Of a stretch of 61,095 nt of DNA, positions 50,101 to 61,095 are shown in pieces. The translations under genes were made by a program, and so were the position numbers. The notes under the pieces are model-generated. The model saw only the letters and a list, made by a program, of their open reading frames with translations. It searched no databases and had not been told where the DNA came from. Source of the stretch: Chiloscyllium plagiosum (Eukaryota); NCBI RefSeq assembly GCF_004010195.1, contig NC_057751.1:10472589-10533683 (forward strand). The letters are read 5' to 3'. Each line of letters starts with the position of its first letter. The first letter of the stretch is position 1.

Positions 50101-53100
50101 TAAAGGAAAAAAAATAGAAGTTGAAAGTAACGCTGCAACTGTGCAATGTGCTGCAAATGTGGCATTTAAAGTACTTGAACATTTTGGGCATCACAGCTTT
50201 GGAAAGATACAATGGCCTTGGAAGGAAAACTGCATACCAAAAGTAGGCACAAGTCATAGAATCCATACAGTATGGAACAAAATCACATCCAGACTCACTC
50301 CCTACCCTATCCCTGTAAGCCTGCATATCCCATGGCTAATCCATCTCGTCTGTACATCCTTGGATTCAATAGGCAATTTAGCCTGGCCAATCCACCTAAC
50401 TTCCCGTCTTTGGACTGTGGGATGAAACCGGAGTACATGGAGGAAACCCATGCAGACATGAGCAGAATGTGAAAATTCCATACAGTCACCAGAGGGTGGA
50501 ATCAAACCCGGGTCCCTGGCACTGTGAGGCAGCAATGTTAACCACTGAGCCATCTCGCTAGGGTTAAGTTGCCTTGATTCCAGAGGATCATTGGACTGCT
50601 CTCTCATTAGCCTGAGGCTCACCAACCCTCAGGTGAGGGGAAAGGTTGAGAAGAAGAGTCCTTCATGGTGACCTCAGCCACTGCAGGAATTGAAGCTCTG
50701 CTGTTAGCATCACCCTGCATCAAAAACCAGCTGTCCAGCCAACTGAGCCTTTCCTTTTACTCATGTACTGCATCTTTGATCTCAATCCCATATTTAAATA
50801 TAATAATTCACTTTTTATGATAGTGATCATTTTTCAAAGTTTAGCGATTTCTGAATTTAAGCAGCCATAAAGAGATACCAAATTCATTCGAAAGGAGTCC
50901 ACTATCTCATTGATTTCATATTTTCATATATCTAAATAGTAGAATATTGATTTGTGGACAGGTTGAAACTTGTTTTCTGTCTGCATGTCATTCCACAACC
51001 CTCCCTCCCTTTCCCCAACAACCTTCTTGCAGGTATAATTTTCGAGTTCTCCACTTCCACACCTGCTTCAGGTCTGGCAACTCATTCATTGTTACCAGTT
51101 AGTTTCTGCACAGCCACTCCCTTCTTTGTTTGCAGATTGTTTCCCTTCCACATTTATTGCTGAGAGGTCACATCAGAGATAACCAGCCCTGAGTCTCATT
51201 ATTTCCTCCCATTCTAATTATGGTGTTGACTTCTGTCCAATTGATTACCTGGGGAAATTATTTTGGTGCGCAATTTGAGCACTGGTGGGGGTGGATTTGC
51301 CCACTATCTGGTATTGGAATGGAACCAGAATTCAAAGATGAACCTACAAGGGGCGACATATTTCCAAGAGCTAAGGGGCAATGTGATCCAACTTTAAAAT
51401 ATTAAGTGGAGCCAGTAATAAGAAACTTTCGGTTCATTAGGGAAACTAGGAATAGGAAACAGTTTTAAAATGAGGCTGTCCATAACGGCCAATCAAAAGC
51501 TCTGGCATGCAAGTAGCAAATGATGTCGGAACAAATTCTCAACCAGTAACCGACAGATTTCTGTTAAAGAAAAGGTATTAAGGACGTGGGGAAAAGGCAG
51601 GTATTTGGAGTTATGCAGATCATTTCTGCTGGAGTTGAATGGCAGAGCAAGCTTCAGAGCTACGTGGCTTCCTCCTATTCCTTTGGGCACTATTACAGCT
51701 GCTTTTAAAGCCAAGCAAGAGACTTCATTCCATAACAACAGTGAATAATAACCCCTTTCACTGATAGATGAAAGCCTTCATCAAGTGCAGCCACACTTGG
51801 TTCACAATGTTAAAAATCACAAAACACCAGGTTATAGTCCAACAGGTTTATTTGCAAGTACAACCTGTTGGATTATAACCTGGTGTTGAGTGACTTTTAA
51901 CTTTGCCCACCCCAGTCCGACAACTCCACATCTTGGTTCACAATAAAAATGGGAGTTTCTTACAGTCTGTCAAAAATAGAAATTGCTGTAAAATCTCAAC
52001 CATTCTGGCAGCATCTGTGGGATGAAATTAGTGTTAATGTTTCGGGTTGAATGACCCAGTTCTGAAGAAGGGTCACTCAACCTGAAAAGTTAACCGTGAT
52101 TTCTCTCAGATGCTGACAGACCTGCTGTGCTTTTCCAGCAATTTCTATTCTTGTCTGTGATTTACAGCATTCACATTTGTTTTGGTTTTATCTAATGTTC
52201 AGGCAAACTGGGTAAATGCGACATGTGAAAAGAAGACTTCAGCAACATTTTCACAACATGCACCCGAGAGTCAGAGTTTACTCCAAGAAACTGTTATGTC
52301 TCATATTATGTCTCACATGCTAGAACAAAAAGGAGTTTGTCACATTCATAATTGGACCAGAAACAAATAGATGAATGCCTGAAATCATATCATAACTTTG
52401 AAAAAATAAAATGCAAAAGGGAATATTGGGCAAAAAGCTCAACTTGAAACAGACCTGTGTGATAGCCATTGTCAGATGTGTAGAATATGTACGTGTTATT
52501 CAGTTCCTTCATTTCCTCCAGTTTCATGACAACCTTCTCTACCAGATCATCCACAGACAGCAAAGTCTGCCACCTGTAAGGTACAAGAAAAAAATGTAAC
52601 AATTTCTGTTAAACTGCAAATTGAGGCTATTGACTACATGCTAAGGATTTCTGGATTGAAAAACCTGTCACAAAGGTTTCCCCAGAAATTAACAGCATGT
52701 GTGCCTTCAAAATCTGATCAACAGTTTGCTCCTTCGCCAGGTGGATATGAGGCAAGTTGGACATTAGATGAGTGTGTGTGTGCGCGTTGTATGTGTGCTG
52801 GGTGGGGTGGGGGGGGGCGAGGGGAGAAGGGAGGTTGTATGTGTGGTGATAAGGTTGGTGGAGTTCAGAGGAGGGAATAAAAACTACACATTATTTGGTG
52901 CATGTTCTTTAAGTGTTGGTGGATGGTGATTAGCTAAGCTGGAAAAGTTTAGTCCCAGGCCTTCTGATTCACCAACAGGCGTGAGTCATTGTCTTTGTCA
53001 GCAATCACTTATGATTGAGTATGATTGTCCACCTAGGAAATTCTGAGTCACTGTATGTTTGCCAGATGTTTCCAGGAGGTGGAATTAATTCTTGGCCTTG

Positions 53101-56100
53101 AGATCATTGGCATTCCTTTCTCTGGTTCCTTCTCTGTACTTTTCTTGCTGATGGGTGTTCTCAAAAAATTGTGTCCCTTCATAACCGGAGCCTCCTCCAA
53201 ATTGTTTTCTTCTGATTGTATTCTTCCTGTGCAATAAATATCCATATTGCATTTCTTGAGGGAAGTCGTCATAGAATCTTTGAAACATTTTAGAGTCAGA
53301 GTCAGAGTGGTTTTCAGCATAGGGAAAGGCACATTGTTTTTGGCTGGCGCAGACTCGATGATTCAATCAACTCACTGCTGTGAAGCTATTTCTCAGCACT
53401 TGAAAATAAGAACAAAATCTGGAGAAACCTAAACGCCAAATCTAAAGCCACTTCCTCAGATGGGACAGTTCGTGGGTAGTTTGTTTTCAGTCATTATCAG
53501 AAAAATCTAATTTGAATTATCACTGGCCATAAGACATACAGCTTTGAAAACACTTCAATGATAGTCCTTGAATGCAATTTGCCTTTTCTTCCTCTCACGA
53601 GGGGCTTCCTTGAGCTGCACGAGGAAGATGTGCTTTGGCAGTCGGAAGTCAGTGTGGCTGGACAGGCCTTTCACAATGATGGATTTATCAAAAATCGACA
53701 ATAAATAAGGCAGAAATTGGGATAAGCCTTGACCAAAAGTGACCAAATAAACATGCTGCAGAATCCAGACTGTTCTCTCTCCATTTCTGTCCAAAGCACC
53801 ATTTCCTTTTTCACTTTAAATACTCATTCACTACTCCTCTTTTAAGCAAAAAGCTCTCAATCTCAACAACTCCCTGTAGCAAATCATGCCTCATTAGCAA
53901 CTTTGCAATAATAAGCAGCCAACTTGCAAAACTGAGGAATTACGTGATTTTGTTTGGTGCATCCATGAGACACATTTTTTGCTGAACGAGCCTCGCATAA
54001 ATACAAGTGCGAGGCCCTTCCAGAATAATTGAATGCGTCCACACAATTGCAACCCATTTTAAAGGGACAGTTTCTCCTGAGTGAGATTTAAAAAAAGCAT
54101 TCTCACACCATCCTTCAGTTGTGGCACAAAGCAAGTCCACACTGAGTTGACAATAGAAATGTGTCTTCAGCTCTGCAAGAAATCATATCTGTGTAAAGTG
54201 GGTTGTAATAGAGAATCAAACCAAATTCAAAATCTTTATTCATTTGCAATAAATAAACTGGGATTTTTTTCTTGTAATTTGTTTAATTTTAATGTCTACA
54301 TCTTATCCATGAACACACAGCATCAGTGAAATGTTAGATTTCTTGTCCTAGCTCAAATACCAAAGGAGTGCAACAATATCAAAGAATTATGCAATGTGTT
54401 ATAATCATCTGGTTTGCGTTTTATATGCGTATTTTTGAGATACTTTGTCGTTTGAGGAATTCCAAATGTTCAAAGTAATATGAATGGAAAAGTCTTGCGA
54501 TGAAATAGCTTTCATGTAACTGCAAACCAAACAAGCACAGGTTAATGACAGTCCAAAGGTTCCATAATTCAGAGGGGTCAGAGTTATTTTGGTGGAAACC
54601 ATAAAATGGCAATGAACCTTGAACTGCTGCCAAGCTGCAGATAGCATGGCTGTGGAGAGTCCGCCCAGTTTTAAAGCTGAAGTGTTCATGAATATATATA
54701 CCTAAGGACAATCTCATCTAACCATCGCAAATGCTGAGATGCGTGAATTCAGGGTTGGAGCCTTTCTTGTTAATTGTCGGAAATACATATTTGAGAAGGT
54801 CTTGGAGCGATAAGCACCTGAATTAGTTTGTGCAAAGCTCAAGTTCAACAGACAGAGAGATTCCACCAAGAACCTGAAAATGGCTGTGGCACAGAGACAA
54901 AATGACTGTCAGAAATGAAGAGTATTTTGAGGTGGAGGAGACAAGCCCAAGTGCAGTGAAGCCCACGTGAACAGGAATCTCCACAAATCTGAGGTGTTTA
55001 ACAAGTGGTGGAGACTCAGTTTCCTGGGGGTTTTCAAAACACCCAAAAAGTTGTGATACCTCAGAAGAAAGCAGGAAATAAAAGAATTCCTGCAAAGTAT
55101 GGCAATTTTGGCTTGTTCTCAGGATATGAAGGAAACTTGCAGGACTTGCTAAGTAGCCAAAGTCTTGATGAGAGAAGTGAGAAGGAGAAAGGTAGGTTCA
55201 GTTAAGAATCCTAGTTCAAAGCGTATTTGATTGACATGACTGCGTCTCGATGTAAATTAGTCACCTAAGCCAATGTTCATTTCATCATTTGTGAAAAACT
55301 TGAAGATAAGCTTGGACAATCAGCATTGTAAAATGTTATGCAGATTACAAATATTACAATCTTTTAGGGCAGAAATTATTGCTGATTATATTTTGGACAC
55401 CTTCCTGGTGGAAGATTAAAACAGATTCTCAGGTCGAAGCCAATTTGTTGCTGCTTTAATCACAATTCACCTTCAAAAAGTAATGAATCGAACTACTCAA
55501 CAGAACATATCACTTTAGCATTTTAAATGTTGACTATCTGACCTTAATATTATGCATCTTGTTCCAACTGGTAGGTGTAAATTTCTCCCTCTTGTACAGC
55601 AAAATCATGCACAAAAAAAAGTCAGCTGCAATTGTGAGGCGGTTTGCCATACAAGCAGCACTTGAATGAATGAGTTCATTTAGATACACCTCTGAGGCCC
55701 TTAACACTGCTGAGACTGCAGCAGTAGCCCCAGGAAAGTATTCTTTCAGCCCCTCACATCCCTTTCCCCAGCAATCTCAAGCAAGCAGAAGTGATTTCCA
55801 TTGTAACTGACGAGACTTGATTTAAGCCTCAGTGTAACCCACTGCACAACATGCTTAGATTTTTTTAAAGCAAATGCATCCGAATACCTTTTTCTGAATA
55901 CACCGTCCAGGAATTCGATAGAGGTGTTCTTCATAGGCGTTTTAGCTTGTCGAAGGAGCCAGTGTTTATCCTGTGGGAGACAAGAACAGTTCTGAATGCC
56001 ACAGCTGCCATCACATTTTGTCCCGATTCTTGCTTCAATTTTTCATCCCAATAGTGTGGACATCATTTTGTTGCCTCTCAAATTTTGCAAAAGTAACAAT

Positions 56101-59100
56101 TATTTCACAGATGAGAGAGGTTCATCTGCATAGGCAACGCTCTGAATTAGGTATACTTGCAACAAATGCAGAAGTTTCTTAAACTTCGTTGTTAAGTGAA
56201 TTGGCCATGCTAAATTGTCCATCGTGTTGGGTGCATTAGTCAGAGGGAAATGGGTCTGGTTGGGTTACTCTTCGGAGGGTTGGTACAGAATCTAATCTAA
56301 ATAAAAACTTTGAAATGATGTCCCAGTCTTTTGAAATCAATGCGTTCTGGCTGCTGGCACCATCTTGTGGAGATTGTTGATATTACTGGCACCAACTGCT
56401 TTCGCAAGCAAAAATTATTTTAAAAATACACCAGATGAGTGAGTACCTGAGAAGCATTAGGCAGTGATCTGAAGGGAACTTTACTTCCAGTTTTTGTAGA
56501 GTTTCCTTCAATTTACTGCGAAAAGGTTGACGACTGACATTCTATTCTCCCAGTGTAAAATATCAAAATCCATCAAATTTTGAATCCTTCTAATTCTCCC
56601 CTCAGCTCTGTCTGCTAACAATGATCTTGGTCGTTCTGACCCAAGTGAGGTGTATGCCAGCCTGTGTGGGCTCGACTAACCTTCCCATGCACATTGAAAC
56701 TTCCATGACGAGGAGCTTTGGTGACGTTGTAAGACTTGCTGTACCGTGGAGCAACAGTCCACGGAGAATGGCAGGCTGGAGTTGATAGCATCATGAAAAA
56801 AGGAACACTTCGTTTCTTGGATTGCAGAAATTCCACGGAACGGTTTGCCTGCACAAAATAAAAAAAAAAGAGATTATCAGACAGTCAATTTCCACAAGTA
56901 GACGACAACCCTTTTACCGCAAAATGTCGATCAAAATACAAACTTAGAAGATAGCAACAGAAGTCAGATTCCTCAAGCCTACACCACCGTTCAACATGAT
57001 CATGGCTGGTCATCAAACTAAATATCCTAATCCCGCCCTCTGGCAAATCCTTGATCCCTTTAACCACAAGATCTAGATCTATGTTCTTCTTGAAAACACA
57101 ATATTTTGGTCTCAACCACTTTGTTGTTGTAAATTCCTCAGGCTTGCCACTCTCTGGGTGAAGAAAACTCTCCTCATCTTAGTCCTAAAAGGTTTACTGC
57201 TTATGCTTAAACTACGACACCTGATTGTGGGCTCCTGCACTATTGGGAATATCTTTGCTACATCCAACCTGTCCAGCTCTGCTTAAATCTTATCAGTTTC
57301 CATGATATTCCCCCCCTCATTCTTCTTTAACTCCAGGGAATACAATCCTAAATAAGTCAATCTCTCCTCTTGCATCAGTCTTACCATCCAGGAATTAATT
57401 TGGTAAACCTTCGCTGTACTCTGTCTATGCAAGGACGTCCTTCCTCAGACAAGGAAACCAAAATTGCACGGAATACTCCTGTTGTGGCCTCAATGTCCTG
57501 CATAACTGCAGCAAGACATGCTTGTTCCATTGCTCAAATATACTCACCATGAAGGCCAACATACTGTTTGCCTGCTGCACCTGTTTGCTTACTTTCAGCA
57601 ACTGGTGCACAAAGACACCCAGATATTGTTGATCATTTCCCTCTCTCAGTTTACAGCCATCCAAATAATAACCTGCCTTCCTATTCTTAGTACTTCAGTG
57701 AATCACCTCACATGACACTGCACCTACCATGCATTTTCCCCACTCACTCAGCCTGTCCAAATCACATGGCAACATGTTTGCATCTTCTGCACAGCTCACC
57801 TTCACACCCAATTTTATGTCCTATGCACATTTGACATATTACGTATTACGTTTAGTTCCCCTATCTAAATCATGAAAATATTTTGTGAATAGCTAGGATC
57901 CTAGAACTGATCTCTGTGTACCCATTTATTCCTACTCGTTGTTTCGCTTTATTCTTACTCTTCGGTGAAGAAACAACAATTGGGAGCTAAGCAAACACTC
58001 AGCTAGTCGATGTGGAACAATTGAAAGACAAACAGTTTAACCATGAAAACGCATTCTCATGACCCTAACATCTACACTTATTCCCCCCAACAAGGCTGCA
58101 TCAACATTTCTAATGTCTGCAGTATTTTGTCGTTGAACTCTTATACATCAGAGTCTCCATGAATTATACGGGTATAAACAGTGTATTCTTACAGCTGGTT
58201 TCCAATGCATAGTGATGCGAACAGTGCAAGTTCAATTCCTGCATCAGCTGAAGTTCCCATTCAAGTCCCACATTCTCAACTTTGCCCTTGGTCTAAGGCA
58301 TAGTGACCCTCAGGTTAAGTCACCACCAGTTGACTCTCCTGGCCTCTAATGAGAGAGCAGCTGTATGGTTTGTGAAGACTATGATAACTTTACTTTTTAT
58401 TGTTGCCAACCAAAGAGGAAAAACATTTCAATGGTAAGCATTGTCAATATGCAGCTTTTCCATACTTGAAGCAGATCGACAATTAATTCTTACCCCTCTC
58501 TCAAACAAGATACAAGTCAGGAGGTTAACTTGAAACATTCTCATTCTCGAAGGTAGAGAAGGAACTGGACCAAAGTGGGCACCCATCATGGAGTGCTCAA
58601 ATAATTGGATTTCCCAGTGACAGTTAGCAAAACTGCCAAGACTGCCAACAGTTCGAGACTGACCAGTTCCTGTAGCAAAAGTAGATGGTTAAAATCCAAT
58701 TCACAACTTTACAACCAAGAAAACTTGCATCCAGATGACCAAGTGTGCAAGTCAAACCTCAATAGCGTTAGCCTCACTGATGTTAGCCTGCCTACTGAAA
58801 ACAAAACTCTCATTGTCCCCACTTAAACAGCACTGACACAACCATCATTTTACAATTCTGTTCCAAAGAAGCTGGACTATCCTATCCTTAAAGCTGAAAG
58901 CACAAGATTTAATTTAAAAGAGGCTTCAATTGCATTTTTATTAGTGTTTGGACAAACATTCAATGAGAAATATCCCCTTAGGCACTCCAACCACTCACTG
59001 TGATATCTTACAAAAGGCAACAGAAATATTCTTGCACAGCTCCTATATGAGAATAGAGGAATAGAATTCTCCAACAACAGTAATACATCCTCAGCACTCA

Positions 59101-59223
59101 GTATATTTGAACATTGGGTCTTACGATAAGATCAGTCAGATAGTCCTTTTGGTAGATGTCACCGTGGTTTTCAGCTACACCATTCACCGACAGCGTGTAG
59201 TTATAATATTTGGAGTTTCCAAC
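41093..59223 (-). CDS. GNS: N-acetylglucosamine-6-sulfatase-like gene, partial span (10 exons equivalent to human GNS exons 5-14; earlier exons lie outside the window)
   Basis: Ten GT-AG exons join in frame into a peptide colinear with [13 protein letters not shown]...PFFMM...HSPW...[12 protein letters not shown]...[10 protein letters not shown]...[26 protein letters not shown]...NIDLAPT...[19 protein letters not shown]...[12 protein letters not shown]. Confidence 0.96.
41556..41716 (-). CDS. GNS: GNS-like exon (13): [53 protein letters not shown](G)
   Basis: 161 nt; cag/gtaagt; phase 0/2. Confidence 0.95.
41941..42048 (-). CDS. GNS: GNS-like exon (12): [36 protein letters not shown]
   Basis: 108 nt; tag/gtaggt. 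Confidence 0.96.
42830..42940 (-). CDS. GNS: GNS-like exon (11): [37 protein letters not shown]
   Basis: 111 nt; cag/gtaagt; W-R-x-D-x-L-V-E-Y-x-G-E-G motif. Confidence 0.95.
43007..43195. mobile_element. Degenerate Penelope-type fold-back mini element (family C)
   Basis: acagaaattgct...gagaaatcagagtt / aactctgatttctc...agcaatttttgt; flanks acctttgtccc (42996) / acctttctccc (43196). Confidence 0.65.
44296..44394 (-). CDS. GNS: GNS-like exon (10): [33 protein letters not shown]
   Basis: 99 nt; cag/gtgagt; sulfatase DLAPT...MDG motif. Confidence 0.95.
44665..45325 (-). mobile_element. CR1 LINE 3' fragment
   Basis: ORF 45095..45286 [20 protein letters not shown]; tail ccataagatatagga. Confidence 0.88.
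45479..45582 (-). CDS. GNS: GNS-like exon (9): (G)[34 protein letters not shown]
   Basis: 104 nt; cag/gtatgt; translated by hand, not in the ORF track. Confidence 0.96.
45668..47335 (+). mobile_element. CR1 LINE with internal deletions
   Basis: [15 protein letters not shown]...GNYR.VS...[12 protein letters not shown]...[19 protein letters not shown]; tail to 47335. Confidence 0.92.
47340..49910 (+). mobile_element. Old CR1 LINE pieces split by an LTR insertion (47340-47908 and 49104-49910)
   Basis: [12 protein letters not shown] and MDLSKA.HKV remnants before the LTR; ORF2 C-terminal remnants after it. Confidence 0.65.
47909..49098 (+). mobile_element. LTR element (solo or internally deleted LTR retroelement or ERV) with 5-bp TSD
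   Basis: TGTT...AACA termini; ATGAG TSD at 47904-47908 and 49099-49103; CCAAT boxes near 48827 and 48868, TATA-like gtataatt near 48912, AATAAA near 49003; CpG-rich. Confidence 0.85.
50250..50555 (-). mobile_element. tRNA-derived SINE
   Basis: Reverse complement of tggctcagtggttaacattgctgcctcacagtgccagggacccgggtttgattcc. Confidence 0.85.
50560..50750 (-). mobile_element. Second tRNA-like SINE family (a related copy lies on + at about 58190-58395)
   Basis: Minus strand gctcagttggctggacagctggttt...ttcaattcctgca...gctgaggtcaccatgaagg; homologous to 58190-58395. Confidence 0.65.
51809..51931. mobile_element. Smallest Penelope family-B fold-back element (123 bp, no ribozyme), 13-bp TSD
   Basis: Arms 51809-51848 and 51862-51901 plus a 30-nt tail; TSD cttggttcacaat at 51796 and 51932. 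Confidence 0.88.
51975..52190. mobile_element. Penelope family-C fold-back mini element with a hammerhead-like motif
   Basis: aatagaaattgctg...tttcgggttgaatgaccc / ctgaagaagggtcactcaacctgaaa...cagcaatttctatt, followed by a tail. Confidence 0.72.
52455..52573 (-). CDS. GNS: GNS-like exon (8): (R)[39 protein letters not shown](G)
   Basis: 119 nt; cag/gtctgt; carries the sulfatase SDNG motif. Confidence 0.96.
53520..53790 (-). mobile_element. RTE-clade LINE 3' relic
   Basis: [29 protein letters not shown] resembles the RTE ORF C-terminus RLPK...G.R.RG....R.KD. Confidence 0.5.
55888..55970 (-). CDS. GNS: GNS-like exon (7): [28 protein letters not shown]
   Basis: 83 nt; cag/gtattc; phase 0/2. 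Confidence 0.95.
56681..56848 (-). CDS. GNS: GNS-like exon (6): [56 protein letters not shown]
   Basis: 168 nt; cag/gttagt; inside ORF 56615..56854. Confidence 0.95.
56955..57920 (-). mobile_element. Old CR1 LINE 3' fragment
   Basis: ORF 57425..57664 [21 protein letters not shown]...[18 protein letters not shown]. Confidence 0.82.
59125..59223 (-). CDS. GNS: GNS-like exon (exon 5 equivalent): [33 protein letters not shown]
   Basis: 99 nt; cag acceptor, gtaaga donor; phase 0/0; matches [18 protein letters not shown]...DYLTDVL. Confidence 0.95.
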
Positions 59224-60087
59224 CTGCACAAAAAAAAGTTACATTCAGTCAATTGGTTGACAAAAGGTTTAACAGTCAAAAGTGTTCCTCTGCAGAAGGA
59301 TACTTTATCCTGAATGTTAGGTCACTTTTCTCCTCAAATATTACTTTAAATGGTCCCCAGGAACAGGGTGACTCTCAAAACTTGGCGGAACATACTGGGG
59401 ACAAAAGGATTTGCTGTGCATCATGAGGAACAGTATTCTTCAGCAATATTTGCTGCTACAGCCTTCCCAGACTTGGTACCAGGAATAACAACTGAAGGCT
59501 GAAATGCCGACATAAGCTCTTGAGATCATTGCTTCTTTGGACTCATACCCATGCTAAGGTATGATGGTGGATTGTACCACTGGATTAAAATTGACCTTCA
59601 AAGACTTTGTGTCATTCTGAAGCTACGGATATTTGAAGGGAATATTAAAAGCCAACTCTGGAGCTTTTCAGGGTTTGATGAACCTCTTGGGATATTTCTT
59701 GTTACCAATGGTTTCTGACCAGCTGAGTACAACAACATGGGGAATTGGGTGTTTCAAACACAACTAATCACACGGTGATGCTCATGAGGATAAAGCAATG
59801 GTTGGAATCGTTGTGACATGATTTCCAGTCCTGCTAGAATAGAGTCATCAGTCTGATGCAATGAAAATATCTGCACGGTATTCCACAGCAACCATCATGA
59901 CCACTTGTACAGATATGATCTTGGCTGCACCTCCTCTGTGGTGCTGCAGTCAAGTGATGTTGAAAGCATAAAGGCAATTCTGAGATCATCTTGTAAAACT
60001 ATTGCAAACATGACCAAAAGTAGCAGGCAGCAGAATCCCATCCCATCCCCACAACAACAGGTATTGTAACCATGGCAAGTGCAAATA

Positions 60088-60548
60088 TAGAGGAACCTTG
60101 ATTATCCGAATACCAGTTATCCGAATTTCGGATTATCCAAAGACGATCTCAAGGTCCCAACAGAAACATTACATCAAAGAGGAGTTTCAACACTGATCAC
60201 ATCTTTTGTTAACAATGATTAAAAACGAACTCAGTTTACTGAAATGCTGCCGAGAACAGTCCTGGACATCGATGGGAGCCCAGATACCGCCTCCAAATGA
60301 CTGACTGCCTGCGTGCTCTCTCTCCCCACACTTTAGTTTGAGTTCTGCACAAACTACCCTAAACACCCCTTTCCCAGATAATCTCTCCAACATTATCCTG
60401 TGCAGGGCAAAGGTGGAATCTGTCAAAACGTTGCAGCAAACATGTGTGTGTTTGTGTGTGTGCGCTATTTTGAGACTCTCTCCCTCTCCCCTGTAATTTG
60501 TTTTACAGTTTGTCACAACACAAATGATGCAATGTTGAGAAGACCATA
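60088..60548 (+). mobile_element. pogo/Tigger-like DNA transposon or MITE left end
   Basis: TA followed by (C>T)AGAGGAACCTTGATTATCCGAA with repeated ttatccgaa motifs; interrupted by a CR1, so the other terminal repeat is not visible. Confidence 0.55.
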
Positions 60549-61095
60549 TAGAGTCATAGAGATGTACAGCATGGAAACAGACCCTTGGGTTCAACCCGTC
60601 CTTGCCGACCAGATATCCCAACCCAATCAAGTCCCACCTGCCAGCACCCGGCCCAGGTCCCTCCAAACCCTTCCTATTCATATCCCCATCCAAATGCCTC
60701 TTAAATGTTGCAATTGTACCAGCCTCCACCACATCCTCTGGCAGCTCATGCCATACACTCACCACCTTCTGCGTGAAAAGGTTGCCCCTTAGGTCTCTTT
60801 TATATCTTTCCCCTCTCACCCTAAACCTATGCCCTCTAGTTCTGGACTCCCTGACTCCAGGGAAAAGACTTTGTCTATTTATCCTATCCATGCCCCTCAT
60901 AATTTTGTAAACCTCTATAAGGTCGCCCCTCAGTCTCTGACACTCCAGAGAAAACAGCTCCAGCCTGTTTAGCCGCTCGCTGTAGCTCAGATCTTCTAAC
61001 CCTGGCAACATCCTTGTAAATCTTTTCTGAACCCTTTCAAGTTTCACAACATCTTTCCGATAGGAAGGAGACCAGAATTGCATGCAATATTCCAA
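60549..61095 (-). mobile_element. Young CR1 LINE 3' end (continues beyond the window)
   Basis: [33 protein letters not shown]...RGHRFRVRG; tail tagagtcatagagatgtacagc. Confidence 0.93.

Noticed and set aside
60187..61095. 302-aa ORF as a host gene
   Set aside because: CR1 ORF2 C-terminus reading through into flanking repeat sequence.
59224..61095. GNS exon 4 (YG...GG..HVP.GW..W.AL)
   Set aside because: Not found by eye; presumed to lie beyond the window.

Overview
Repeat-rich vertebrate genomic DNA. The CR1 LINE, tRNA-SINE, Deu-type SINE and Penelope repeat content suggests a cartilaginous fish (shark); the species is an inference. There are two N gaps (28992-29682, 35968-36696). Two spliced genes lie in tandem on the minus strand. 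(1) The 3' part of an N-acetylglucosamine-6-sulfatase (GNS-like) gene: ten exons at 59223..41093, with the 5' exons beyond the right edge. (2) The N-terminal part of an SLP-76/BLNK-family adaptor, most like SH2D6, rebuilt by hand from ten small phase-compatible GT-AG exons (24051..437, 198 codons); its SH2 domain should lie left of the window. Introns and the intergenic region hold many retroelements. The most striking are at least eight Penelope-like insertions from about three families. All share one fold-back architecture: an unpaired terminal tail of roughly 30-40 nt plus inverted arms. Most have 11-15 bp target-site duplications (TSDs) and minimal hammerhead-ribozyme motifs on opposite strands. 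Also present: an LTR element with a 5-bp TSD and a duplicated 5' segment, a Harbinger Myb/SANT relic, a pogo/Tigger-like end, RTE relics and a 721-bp near-perfect tandem duplication.
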